Virus record (IMG/VR): IMGVR_UViG_3300034109_000966
Span: 1 to 57,952 of that record
Direction: 5' to 3' (one strand)
DNA length: 57,952 nucleotides
Origin: a virus
Taxonomy: Duplodnaviria; Caudoviricetes
Positions 43,431-51,683 of the stretch are shown here, piece by piece. A program made the translations under genes and the position numbers. The notes beneath the pieces were generated by a model that was not told the origin of the DNA, ran no database searches, and saw only the letters and a program-made list of their open reading frames with translations. Each line of letters starts with the position of its first letter. The stretch's first letter is position 1.

Positions 43431-43832
43431 ATGTGGGTGATTTCGAAGTCAGGTTTCTACTCCGTCGTGCAAACGACGGACGGCAAAGTTCAGGTCCGGT
43501 CCCGTTCACGGGAAGACCTCGAACGGCTGCAGCAGTTCATGCCTGAGCCTCGAGCCGGCAAGATTCTCAGTACTCCGCACGCGGACTACCCGTACCGGAT
43601 CGTCGTGATGCCGTCTGTCTGGCAGTACTGCGTCTCGAAGCTGGCTGAAGAAATCGACTACCCGAACTTCAAGGATGCCGTAGCCGCCATCGACCAGGAC
43701 CGTGCGCAGGTCTACAGTGACGTCTGGGGGACCCTGCGTGCCATCGAACTTGACGCGCGCCGGCCGCGTCTCCGTCGTGACGACGTCGACGACGCCTTCG
43801 GCGTCCTACCGCGGCGCACACCCCGGCGCTAG
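43431..43832 (+). CDS. Conserved-looking hypothetical protein
   Basis: AGGAG RBS; MW....GFYSVV, VR.R..DL, DYPYR, IDYPNFK pattern. Confidence 0.7.
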   Translation: MWVISKSGFYSVVQTTDGKVQVRSRSREDLERLQQFMPEPRAGKILSTPHADYPYRIVVMPSVWQYCVSKLAEEIDYPNFKDAVAAIDQDRAQVYSDVWGTLRAIELDARRPRLRRDDVDDAFGVLPRRTPRR

Positions 43833-44245
43833 CTCTGCGCGTCTCAGCGACCCTTCCCACCATACGGCGTGTTGCTCACGCTGACCATGCGACGCCTTCG
43901 GGTGTCGGCCCCTTGACTGTCAGCCAGCGCGTCTAGCGACGCCGGCGCTACGTCGCGTGCCTGAGTGCCAGGGAGACGCGGCACCGTGTCAACCCCTGCG
44001 CTAGCTCGCGCGTACCAGCGATCCTCATCATCACCCGGGCGCGTGGCACAGCCGTGAACGGCGACGCCTTCGGGTGCTCCCACCTTGACGTCTCGTCCAG
44101 CGATAGCCGACGACCAGCGACATCAGCGCACTAGCCGACCAGCCTGCGTGCTCCCAGAGGCACCAGCGTTGTCAACCCCACCGCTAGCTCTGCGCGTGTC
44201 TCGGCTCCCTATCCTCACCCTCGCGCGTGGCACAGCCGTGTCTTT
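43821..44245. repeat. Degenerate tandem repeat (two full units plus a partial third; periods 172 and 183 nt) in a non-coding gap
   Basis: GCTAGCTC(T)GCGCGT at 43828, 44000, 44183; GCGACGCCTTCGGGTG at 43889, 44061; TGTCAACCCC twice; GCGCGTGGCACAGCCGTG at 44039, 44223. Confidence 0.8.
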
Positions 44246-44416
44246 GATCTGCATTCGGCGTGTACACAGCGTTCAGCGGTTCAGCGTCACCGACTCCGTG
44301 AACTCGAGAACACTGACGCCTTCCGAAATTCACGGCGTGTCGATAAAAACGGTCCCGCTAACTCACACACGTCATTCGATTTGTGGGCTGTCGCAAGCGC
44401 GTGTCCGGTGGTGTCC

Positions 44417-44452
44417 TCGACGTCGGTGGTGGTGCCGCATAGCATTGCGGCA
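44417..44452 (+). promoter_or_regulatory. Repeated early promoter, leaderless
   Basis: TCGACG-17-TAGCAT-TGCGGC-ATG. Confidence 0.8.
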
Positions 44453-44760
44453 TGGAAAGAACGCAACGTGAAGTCGTGAAAGTCGGCGCCAGCTTCATCA
44501 AGTCGGTTCGCTGGAACGAGGGGTCGATGACGGCGAAAGCAGTGACGCTGACGTCGAAGCTGTCAGAAGCCGCCACCTTCCTTCCTGCGCATGCGGCCGT
44601 GCTGCAGAAGCAGTTCGGACCGGAAGCGCGGGACGCGGCGATTGCGCGCCGCCGCGCCGCGGCGCTGACCGCGTCGAAGCTGTTCGCGGAAGCGGTCGCG
44701 TCGGTGGGCCTGAGCGACGCGGACATGGCGCACATGCGCCAGCTGCTGAAGGGGCTGTAA
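44452..44760 (+). CDS. Hypothetical protein
   Basis: Starts at the predicted +1 of the repeated promoter. Confidence 0.6.
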   Translation: MERTQREVVKVGASFIKSVRWNEGSMTAKAVTLTSKLSEAATFLPAHAAVLQKQFGPEARDAAIARRRAAALTASKLFAEAVASVGLSDADMAHMRQLLKGL

Positions 44761-44765
44761 CGAAC

Positions 44766-44803
44766 TGGATGTGCTAGTCAGCGCGGCATAGCATTGCTGC
44801 ATC
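44766..44803 (+). promoter_or_regulatory. Repeated early promoter, leadered version
   Basis: TGGATG-17-TAGCAT-TGCTGC-ATC; AAGGAG RBS further downstream. Confidence 0.75.
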
Positions 44804-44837
44804 AGTAACCGAGCGCGTTAGCTCGAAGGAGTCTCCG

Positions 44838-45110
44838 ATGACGACGACCGCATTTCTCTCCGCCCCGACTGCCAAGGTGACCGCGAAGTCCGCCGAGCGC
44901 ATCAAGAAGTCGCTGCAGTCCAAGCGCCCCGCGCTGCTCGCGAAGGTGCCCTCGATGTCGAAGGAAGGCGTCGGCTACGACGTCCGCAAGGGTGCCGACG
45001 GCAACATCTACTGCACGTGTCCAGCGTGGCGTTTCCAGCGCAAGCCGCTGATGGAGCGGACGTGCAAGCACATCAAGGCGCTGTCGGCGGCGATTCGGAG
45101 CGTGGCCTAG
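44838..45110 (+). CDS. SWIM zinc-finger protein
   Basis: YCTCPAWRF...CKHI. Confidence 0.8.
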   Translation: MTTTAFLSAPTAKVTAKSAERIKKSLQSKRPALLAKVPSMSKEGVGYDVRKGADGNIYCTCPAWRFQRKPLMERTCKHIKALSAAIRSVA

Positions 45111-45112
45111 CC

Positions 45113-45340
45113 ATGGCGACGCTGCTTGAAAAGGCGATGGCAGACAGCGGACGTCAGGTCGATGTGACCGACGAAGAGATCGATCTGGCGATCGCGTGGG
45201 CTGAGGGAAGGATCACCTTCAGCGCAGCGATGAGGGCGCTCGGAAAGCCGGGAAGTAACGGCACGTACGTGCGGCTTTCGCTCGGTCTGAAAGAATCTGT
45301 TCGGAAAGGGATTCTCGTTCGAGCGAAGGAAGGAGCCTAG
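45113..45340 (+). CDS. Hypothetical protein
   Basis: Packed ORF. Confidence 0.55.
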   Translation: MATLLEKAMADSGRQVDVTDEEIDLAIAWAEGRITFSAAMRALGKPGSNGTYVRLSLGLKESVRKGILVRAKEGA

Positions 45341-45343
45341 CCC

Positions 45344-45943
45344 ATGGCACTCACCTCCAAGTTCCCGGGCGTCTGCAAGCGTTGTGGGTGCCGTTTCCCG
45401 GCCGGCACCCAGATCGAGTGGAGCCGCGCCGGCGGTTCCACTCACCTTACCTCGGCAGACTGCGACGCGGCGAAAGCGTTGGGCGCCAGTGCGCCGGCGT
45501 TTGTCCGCCCGGTGGTGAACCTGCAAGCGGTCGCCGACTTCATCAGTGCGGCGAAGATGCGCGGGCTGAAGCGGCCGAAGGCGCGGTTCCTCGCGCCGGA
45601 CGGACAGAGCGAGATGCGGTTGTCGCTGTCGGTCGTCGGCCGCGAGCCTGGGTCAGTCGTCGTCACCATCTCCGGCGAGTACGTCGGTGTCGTCCGGAAG
45701 AACGGCGAAGTCTTCGGGCGGATCGCACACGACGACGCCGTGCTCAAGACGCTCGCGGCCATCGCGAGCGACCCGGTGACGGCCGCCACGCGCTACGGCG
45801 CGCTGACCTGCAAGTGCAGCTTCTGTGGCGCGACGCTGAAGGATGACGGGTCGGTTGAAGTCGGCTACGGGCCGGTCTGCGCGAAGAACTTCGGGCTCCC
45901 GTGGCGCCGCCAGGGCGTCAAGGTGCTCACCGCGGTCGCCTAG
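45344..45943 (+). CDS. Zinc-finger protein with DUF6011-like C terminus
   Basis: KF.G.C..CG..F..G; CSFCG..L.D..S...GYGPVCA. Confidence 0.7.
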   Translation: MALTSKFPGVCKRCGCRFPAGTQIEWSRAGGSTHLTSADCDAAKALGASAPAFVRPVVNLQAVADFISAAKMRGLKRPKARFLAPDGQSEMRLSLSVVGREPGSVVVTISGEYVGVVRKNGEVFGRIAHDDAVLKTLAAIASDPVTAATRYGALTCKCSFCGATLKDDGSVEVGYGPVCAKNFGLPWRRQGVKVLTAVA

Positions 45944-45952
45944 CGATCGACA

Positions 45953-45988
45953 TAGACGTATCCGTCTGAATAGCACAGCATAGGGACA
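45953..45988 (+). promoter_or_regulatory. Repeated early promoter, leaderless, with palindrome
   Basis: TAGACG-17-CAGCAT-AGGGAC-ATG; AGACG-TATC-CGTCT over the -35. Confidence 0.7.
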
Positions 45989-46164
45989 TGGCGAAGAACT
46001 TCAAAGTCGGCGACGAAGTCATTGTCCGCATCGGTCCCCGCCGGGGGGAGCGGGCCACCATCATCGAGCTCTTCAAGGAAGGCGTCTGGCGCATCGCTAG
46101 GGTCCTCCACTCGGACGGCGCCGAGCGCCTCCGGGATCGCCGGGACCTCCGGTCGGCCTCGTAA
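45988..46164 (+). CDS. Small KOW/SH3-like protein (58 aa, not in the ORF track)
   Basis: MAKNFKVGDEVIVRIGPRRGERATII. Confidence 0.7.
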   Translation: MAKNFKVGDEVIVRIGPRRGERATIIELFKEGVWRIARVLHSDGAERLRDRRDLRSAS

Positions 46165-46178
46165 GCCGGCGAAACTTC

Positions 46179-46216
46179 TGGACGTGCCTTTCGGCGCATT
46201 CCAGCATTGCAGCATC
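46179..46216 (+). promoter_or_regulatory. Repeated early promoter, leadered version
   Basis: TGGACG-17-CAGCAT-TGCAGC-ATC. Confidence 0.7.
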
Positions 46217-46239
46217 AGATTCGGAACGGAGACCACCAC

Positions 46240-46563
46240 ATGGCAAAGAAGACGACGAAGACCCGGGACCTCGGCAACAAGACGATGCACCAGACGAAGT
46301 TCGTGAGCAAGAGCGGGAAGAAGTTCGAAGTCAATCTCCGCCAGACGGCCGGCGGCTTCACGGTGTACGCGCTGATGAAGTTCCCGAAGGACGCCGATGG
46401 CAACCACGTCGGAGCGCAGCGCGGGCTGGTGACGACGCACCAGACGGTGGAAGACGCGCAGACGGCATTCGACGCGGTGGTCGCTGACGCCGCGGCGAAG
46501 GGCTGGAAGATGGCGGCGAAGGTGACCAAGTCGACGTTCGACACGGTGCCGAGCGCCGACTGA
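46240..46563 (+). CDS. Basic protein, paralog 1 of 3
   Basis: GGAG RBS; ends AKGW...KSTFDTVPSAD. Confidence 0.7.
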   Translation: MAKKTTKTRDLGNKTMHQTKFVSKSGKKFEVNLRQTAGGFTVYALMKFPKDADGNHVGAQRGLVTTHQTVEDAQTAFDAVVADAAAKGWKMAAKVTKSTFDTVPSAD

Positions 46564-46635
46564 GACGAAACGGAGCAGCTGAACGGCCCAATCGCGGGCA
46601 CCCAACGCAAGTCGTAGACAGAAACGGAGACTCAG

Positions 46636-46971
46636 ATGTCCAAGACCATCAGCACCCAGAAGACGGCGAAGACCCCCACGACCGGCGGCCCGAAGCGCTT
46701 CAGCGACGTGCGCAAGTTCGTCGGCCCGACGAAGAAGCTGCAGATCGTCGCCCGCGAGACGAAGGACGGCAAGTTCGCGGTCTACGCGCTCGTCGGCACG
46801 CCGGACGTGAAGGAGAAGCTGAAGGGCGCGATCGCCAGCTTCGCCAGCAAGCCGGACGCGATCATCCGCTTCGAGAAGCTCGCGATGGACGCGGTCGCCG
46901 CCGGCTGGACGCCGAAGGCCGCGGCGTCGCGCGCCAAGTCGGCCTTCGACGCCATCCCGACCGCCGAGTAG
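46636..46971 (+). CDS. Basic protein, paralog 2 of 3
   Basis: GGAG RBS; ends AAGW...KSAFDAIPTAE. Confidence 0.7.
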   Translation: MSKTISTQKTAKTPTTGGPKRFSDVRKFVGPTKKLQIVARETKDGKFAVYALVGTPDVKEKLKGAIASFASKPDAIIRFEKLAMDAVAAGWTPKAAASRAKSAFDAIPTAE

Positions 46972-46985
46972 GTCGGAACGCTGCG

Positions 46986-47018
46986 CTGACGCCCGCGGCA
47001 AACAGTCGCGGGCGTCGG
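46986..47018 (+). other. Intergenic GC-rich hairpin without U-tract
   Basis: CTGACGCCCGCGGC / GTCGCGGGCGTCGG. Confidence 0.5.
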
Positions 47019-47034
47019 GCGGAGCGTTCAGACC

Positions 47035-47232
47035 ATGGAACCGATGACGACACAAGAACTAGTAGACCAGCATCGTGCGTTGGCGGTCGCCGCCAGGGCG
47101 TACCACCATCCCGCGGCTGCGAACGCTGCGGATGCGAAGCTCGAGAAGATCGAAGCGGTGCTCGACGTCCGCGCAGCCGCTGGCGACGTGACCGCCCAGA
47201 ACTTCCTGTACGAGCTCCGGAATCCGTACTAG
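47035..47232 (+). CDS. Hypothetical protein
   Basis: GGAG RBS. Confidence 0.55.
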   Translation: MEPMTTQELVDQHRALAVAARAYHHPAAANAADAKLEKIEAVLDVRAAAGDVTAQNFLYELRNPY

Positions 47233-47264
47233 ACGTGCACGCTCGCGTGACTAGCATTGCGGCA
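47230..47264 (+). promoter_or_regulatory. Repeated early promoter
   Basis: TAGACG-16-TAGCAT-TGCGGC-ATG. Confidence 0.7.
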
Positions 47265-47596
47265 TGGAGGAGCAGATGAAAGTGACCCTGAGCGTGCACG
47301 ACGTCCGACAGATCATCGGTTGCCATCCAGCGGTCGAAGAGTACATCGAGTACTGCGAGCGCGTCGGTGTCGACGGTCGCCCTTGGTTCTCGTTGCCCGG
47401 GCGCTACAAAGTCGAAGTCGTCAGAGACGATTTCATCGACTGGCTTTCGGAGTACTCGGAAGAACTGTTTGAAGAAAGTGTGCAAGTCGTTTCGGCGGCA
47501 GGGATTGTGCTAGACACCGAGTGGACGCGGGGCATGTTGCTTGGTCCTGCGTCCAGCCAACTCGGTGGCTGGCAGAACCTGCCGGAGGAGAAGTGA
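47264..47596 (+). CDS. Hypothetical acidic protein
   Basis: Starts at the promoter +1, or at ATG 47276 after GGAGG. Confidence 0.6.
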   Translation: MEEQMKVTLSVHDVRQIIGCHPAVEEYIEYCERVGVDGRPWFSLPGRYKVEVVRDDFIDWLSEYSEELFEESVQVVSAAGIVLDTEWTRGMLLGPASSQLGGWQNLPEEK

Positions 47597-47742
47597 TGGG
47601 CGAAAGAATGAAGTCATGCCTGTTCATCGCGGTGTTCGTCGCTGTGGTTGTCGCCGGCGCCGTGTACGCGTGGGATGCAGAGGAACCGCTTGATCGGATG
47701 AAGATCGAGCGCCACCTGCAGATGCTCAAGGGAGGTCGGTGA
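47596..47742 (+). CDS. Small membrane protein
   Basis: LFIAVFVAVVVAGAVYAW. Confidence 0.55.
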   Translation: MGERMKSCLFIAVFVAVVVAGAVYAWDAEEPLDRMKIERHLQMLKGGR

Positions 47743-47951
47743 TGGCAGAGGCGCTGTTCGACGGCGTGAGACACTATGCACGAGCGAACTACGCCGCAGG
47801 GTGGGACATCATCGTCGAGGCGTGGACAAACGACGAGCTCGAAGATGTCGTCGGGAAGTGCCAGTCAGTCGATGAAGCCGTCGTGTTGCTCACGCCGTTC
47901 GTGAACGCGTGGGTCGAATCGGAGCAACGTGCTAGCCAGGAGACCAGATGA
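47739..47951 (+). CDS. Hypothetical protein
   Basis: GGAGG RBS; HYA..NY..GWD..VE.W. Confidence 0.6.
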   Translation: MMAEALFDGVRHYARANYAAGWDIIVEAWTNDELEDVVGKCQSVDEAVVLLTPFVNAWVESEQRASQETR

Positions 47952-48349
47952 CCAAGAAGATCGCACTCGCAGCGCTCGGTGTCGTTCTCATGTTTGTCGC
48001 GGTGACGCCCGCGCAGTCGCAGATCGTGAACGTGAACGTGTCGGTCGTGTCCGTCGCGACGCTGATCGGCCCGATCACGCTGACGCCGGCGACGCCGGGA
48101 GACGAGTTCCTCTACCAGACGGGGTGGTCGTCCGCGTTCTTCGTCGCTCGGATTCACCCGACGAAGTCCGGTCTGGCGGGTCAGACGCCGTCGCCTGGGC
48201 TCTGCGTCGAGATGGCGGTCGCGTCGTCGACGGTGCCGTCGCAAGCGCCAGTCGTGATGGACGTCGACGGAGACGGGGTCGAAGAGATCGTCGTCAAGAA
48301 CGGTAGCACGCATGAAATCGTGCGCCCGACGCTCATTTACTGCCGCTAG
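47948..48349 (+). CDS. Secreted protein with an FG-GAP-like DxDGDG motif
   Basis: Signal-like MTKKIALAALGVVLMFVAVTPAQS; DVDGDGVEEIVV. Confidence 0.65.
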   Translation: MTKKIALAALGVVLMFVAVTPAQSQIVNVNVSVVSVATLIGPITLTPATPGDEFLYQTGWSSAFFVARIHPTKSGLAGQTPSPGLCVEMAVASSTVPSQAPVVMDVDGDGVEEIVVKNGSTHEIVRPTLIYCR

Positions 48350-48386
48350 CCACAGGCCGTCTAGGGGTATTGCACCGCGATACTCC

Positions 48387-48423
48387 TAGACGGAAACGTC
48401 CGAATCCATTACCATTTGCTGCA
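48387..48423 (+). promoter_or_regulatory. Promoter with palindromic operator candidate
   Basis: TAGACG-17-TACCAT; contains TAGACGGAAACGTCCG. Confidence 0.7.
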
Positions 48424-48485
48424 TGGGCGCACTTCTCCCAATCACCGAACTTCTCACTCACCCGCTCGCCCTCGGAGTTTCACCA

Positions 48486-48791
48486 ATGCCCAAGAACCAG
48501 TCGCCGAAACAGTTCTTCCAGACCGTCCGCTACCACGGCGAAACCGCCAAGCTGACCCTCCACATCCGCGAAGGGAAGTCGGGCAAGCCGTGGCAGACCT
48601 ACTGCACCTTCGAAAAGGGTGACGGCACCAAGCAGCGCGGCATGATGGAGCAGCACAAGACGCGCGCCGCCGCCGAAGCGCGGTTCGAGGAGATGCAGAA
48701 AGACGTCGCCAGCGACGCCGGCTGGAAGAAGAAGGAACTCAAGTCCAGGGCGCAGAAGAGCGCGTTCGACGCCATCCCGGTTGCGGAGTAA
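48486..48791 (+). CDS. Basic protein, paralog 3 of 3
   Basis: GGAG RBS before ATG 48486; ends DAGW...KSAFDAIPVAE. Confidence 0.7.
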   Translation: MPKNQSPKQFFQTVRYHGETAKLTLHIREGKSGKPWQTYCTFEKGDGTKQRGMMEQHKTRAAAEARFEEMQKDVASDAGWKKKELKSRAQKSAFDAIPVAE

Positions 48792-48839
48792 GCGCCACTC
48801 ACAGAAGTCGTAGTCGTCGGAATCGAAAGAGAGGTCAGC

Positions 48840-49388
48840 ATGGCCCAGAACCTCAAGGCCAAGTCAGAACAAGTGCGCGAGAACTTTCTCGCAGCGGTCG
48901 AAACAGCGAAGGACCGACTGAAGAAAGCGCGCGGGAAGTACTTCTTCCACCCCACCCCAGCGAACGAGAAGTCGGTCGACGTCGCGCTGCAAGAACTCAG
49001 CGACGTGCGCGATGAACTCAAGAAGTTCGACGCGCGGCCGAAGCTTCCGAAGCCCCGCCAGCCCCGCCCCTCCAAGAAGTTCGACGAAAAGACGCTGCCG
49101 CTGCCGCCGCCAGTGATGCGGCCGAAGGCGCTCCACTCGACGGTCGTTACCACGCCGACGGGGAAGAAGGAGCGCCTGAGTTGGTGGGTCGGCCGCGACC
49201 GCGCAGAACTCGGTGCCGGGTCGTCGGTGTTGCGGTCGGTGCCGCCGAAGGCGACGTCGGAGCCGTTGTCGAAGCTGGACCTCAAGACGGCGTCGATGCG
49301 CGAGAGCGCTGAACGCGCCGCCTCGAAGCTGCAGTCAACCCTCAAGCCCACGGCCGGAGACTTCCGGTCCGTGCCGAAGTCGGAGTAG
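48840..49388 (+). CDS. Hypothetical basic protein
   Basis: GAGGT RBS. Confidence 0.6.
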   Translation: MAQNLKAKSEQVRENFLAAVETAKDRLKKARGKYFFHPTPANEKSVDVALQELSDVRDELKKFDARPKLPKPRQPRPSKKFDEKTLPLPPPVMRPKALHSTVVTTPTGKKERLSWWVGRDRAELGAGSSVLRSVPPKATSEPLSKLDLKTASMRESAERAASKLQSTLKPTAGDFRSVPKSE

Positions 49389-49391
49389 ACG

Positions 49392-49742
49392 ATGAAGACG
49401 GGCAAAGCGACAAGACCTGCAACGTGTGCTAGCTGCCGAGGAGCGATCGCGAAGGGTGACCGAGTGGTCTACCGGAACGTCGTTCACGAATCGTGCGCGC
49501 GAGGCGCCTTCACCGCCATTCCGGCCTCGCCGTCGCTGGAAAACAAGCGGCTCGAGACGTTGGTGCTGCTGGAAGAAACGATCGTGCTCGCCGCCAAGCG
49601 GAACGGCGTGACCGACGACATGCAGAAACAGTTCGACAAGTACGAGAAGTTGAAGGCGATGGCGCTCAAGCCAGGGTCGACCGGCGAAGAGCGCACGGCG
49701 TTTCGGATGGCGGTGCTCGAAGCCGTCAAGATGGCGTTCTGA
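49392..49742 (+). CDS. Zinc-finger hypothetical protein
   Basis: CASC...I..GD...H..C. Confidence 0.6.
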   Translation: MKTGKATRPATCASCRGAIAKGDRVVYRNVVHESCARGAFTAIPASPSLENKRLETLVLLEETIVLAAKRNGVTDDMQKQFDKYEKLKAMALKPGSTGEERTAFRMAVLEAVKMAF

Positions 49743-49750
49743 GGTCCACG

Positions 49751-49915
49751 ATGACACTGCACCTGAAGTTCGTGCGAGACAAAGTGACAGCGAACACCGT
49801 CCGCTTCAAGGAAGTTGCTGACAAGGCAGAAGCGGTCGTCGGTCAGATGTACGTTCGTAAATCCGTGGCCGGTTCGATCGATGAACTGTCGGTCACTCTC
49901 ACGTCGGAGGAGTAA
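49751..49915 (+). CDS. Small hypothetical protein
   Basis: GAGGT RBS; T.NTVRF.E...GQMYV.K. Confidence 0.6.
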   Translation: MTLHLKFVRDKVTANTVRFKEVADKAEAVVGQMYVRKSVAGSIDELSVTLTSEE

Positions 49916-49918
49916 GCG

Positions 49919-50488
49919 ATGGCAGACATGATTGTGCGTACGAAGGATGGTCTCACGTCGGCACTGGGCAACGGTCTCGAACGACGCGGGCTGCGCGCGT
50001 TGGTGACCGGTCCGCAGCCGAAGAACGTGCTGCTGCTGCTCGATTGCAGCGGGTCGATGGGCGGGGTGATGTCGACGGGTCAGCGTCGGATCGACGCGCT
50101 GCGCGCCATCGTCAACGACGTGCTCGCGGACGTGGTAGTGCCGATGGCGTCGTTTGGTCCGTCGAACGGAGAGATCGTATTGGCGGTGCCCGAACCGGGT
50201 GGGTCGACGCCGCTGGCGGAAGCGATCCAGTTCGCGCGCACGTGCGAAAAGGACCATCTGGTCGTCATCAGCGACGGAGAGCCCGACTCGGAAGTTGCGG
50301 CGCTCGATCAGGCGTCGCAGTTCGGCGGCAAGATCGACGCGATCTTCGTGGGACCGGAAGGTTCGCGCGGCGCGGACTTCATGCGCCGGTTGGCCGCGCT
50401 GACCGGCGGGTCCGGCGAAGTGCAGGACCTGCGGGATCAGCGTCTGCTGACCGACACCATCAAGGGCTTCCTCGGCGCCGGCGCGTAG
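49919..50488 (+). CDS. von Willebrand factor A domain protein
   Basis: MIDAS LLLDCSGSM, GSTPL, VISDGEP. Confidence 0.85.
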   Translation: MADMIVRTKDGLTSALGNGLERRGLRALVTGPQPKNVLLLLDCSGSMGGVMSTGQRRIDALRAIVNDVLADVVVPMASFGPSNGEIVLAVPEPGGSTPLAEAIQFARTCEKDHLVVISDGEPDSEVAALDQASQFGGKIDAIFVGPEGSRGADFMRRLAALTGGSGEVQDLRDQRLLTDTIKGFLGAGA

Positions 50489-50494
50489 GACAGA

Positions 50495-50528
50495 CGACGG
50501 CGGCTCGCCAGTCGGTGGGCCGCCGTCG
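50495..50528 (+). other. Intergenic GC-rich hairpin without U-tract
   Basis: CGACGGCGGCTCGCC / GGTGGGCCGCCGTCG. Confidence 0.5.
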
Positions 50529-50540
50529 CAAGCGCTAGCG

Positions 50541-51155
50541 GTGACGAAACAGGAGGTGTCGATGACTGGAATCGAGTACGCGAAACATGCCAGGGCGCTG
50601 GCGAAAGCGTTCCACGTCAGACTCGTCGAAGACAGCGGGATGGCGCTTGAAAAGTCGCACGTGTATACGCTGTCGCGCCTTCCGGATCGAGTGAAGGCGA
50701 CGATGGGACCGGACGCCGGCAAGTGGGTCGGGATCGTGTTTACGTCGCCCGTGGAAGACGCCACGACCTACGCAGTGGCGTTGCATGAGATCGGCCATGC
50801 GGTCGACCCGCTCGGAAACTTGAATCCTGAATACCGGGAAGCCAAGTCGCAAGCGGAGTTCAGGCGCCTGAAGATTCTCGCCGAAGAGTCGGCCTGGAAG
50901 TGGGCGCAGCACTACGCCGCGGAATGGACGCCAGACATGGACGCGGCGATGGCGTTCGGCCTCGCCTCCTACGAGTCGATGCCGAAAGAAGAAGACCCGA
51001 TGTTGGCGACATTGATTGCCGCCATCTTCGGTGGGGACGTGCCGACGGAAGTCGCGGCACCTATTAGTCCAGCAGACAGGCAACAGCACGCGGCGCAGGC
51101 GAAACAGACGGCGACGACGATCGTGTCGTCCATCAAGGCAAGGATGAAGCCATGA
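50541..51155 (+). CDS. Zincin-like metallopeptidase
   Basis: VALHEIGH...EESAWKWA; alternative start ATG 50562 after AGGAGGT. Confidence 0.7.
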   Translation: MTKQEVSMTGIEYAKHARALAKAFHVRLVEDSGMALEKSHVYTLSRLPDRVKATMGPDAGKWVGIVFTSPVEDATTYAVALHEIGHAVDPLGNLNPEYREAKSQAEFRRLKILAEESAWKWAQHYAAEWTPDMDAAMAFGLASYESMPKEEDPMLATLIAAIFGGDVPTEVAAPISPADRQQHAAQAKQTATTIVSSIKARMKP

Positions 51156-51412
51156 CCAAGGGTGGAGAAATCAAGATCACCGTGCGTGTCTCTCCGGAGA
51201 TGCTCGAAGCGTACGGAGGGAGCGGTCAGCAGTTGTCAGATCGCATCAAGAAGCTCGTCAACGACTTCCTCCGCCACCTGCAAGCGTCTGCGGACGACGA
51301 CGGTGATGACGACGTCGATGAATCCGACGAAGACGTTGATTACGACGATCTCGACGACGAAGACGCAGACGAGAACGACGCGTCAGGCGACGCTGACGTG
51401 CATGGGTCTTAG
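51152..51412 (+). CDS. Small protein with very acidic C terminus
   Basis: Asp/Glu run DDDGDDDVDESDEDVDYDDLDDED. Confidence 0.6.
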   Translation: MTKGGEIKITVRVSPEMLEAYGGSGQQLSDRIKKLVNDFLRHLQASADDDGDDDVDESDEDVDYDDLDDEDADENDASGDADVHGS

Positions 51413-51674
51413 AGACAGAGTTCAAGCGCTTGAACAAGCGACGACGGTGTCCAGACTCGATGCGGACACCTTCGTCGAAGCGCTGAAGCGAACGCACTTC
51501 TCGGTCGCGGGCCAGACGTGGGGTGCTCGCGGACCCGCCACGCACGAGGAGCTTGTCGCGGTGCTGTGCGACTCGCTCGAAACGCACGGGAACCTGACGC
51601 CAGACGAGTACTGGCGGTTCCGGTTGTTGTCGAAAGAAATCAAAGCAATCTTGGTCGCCAGGGCGACCGCGTAG
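51402..51674 (+). CDS. Hypothetical protein
   Basis: Overlap-coupled ORF. Confidence 0.5.
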   Translation: MGLRDRVQALEQATTVSRLDADTFVEALKRTHFSVAGQTWGARGPATHEELVAVLCDSLETHGNLTPDEYWRFRLLSKEIKAILVARATA

Positions 51675-51683
51675 GAGACGTAG

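Noticed and set aside
43960-44180. Minus-strand promoters from the two TTGACA hexamers
   Set aside because: No acceptable -10 box at 16-18 nt and no credible minus-strand gene downstream
43981-44245. IscB omega-RNA or IS200/IS605 end suggested by GTCAACCCC
   Set aside because: No IscB, TnpB or TnpA ORF nearby, and the match is only a few bases
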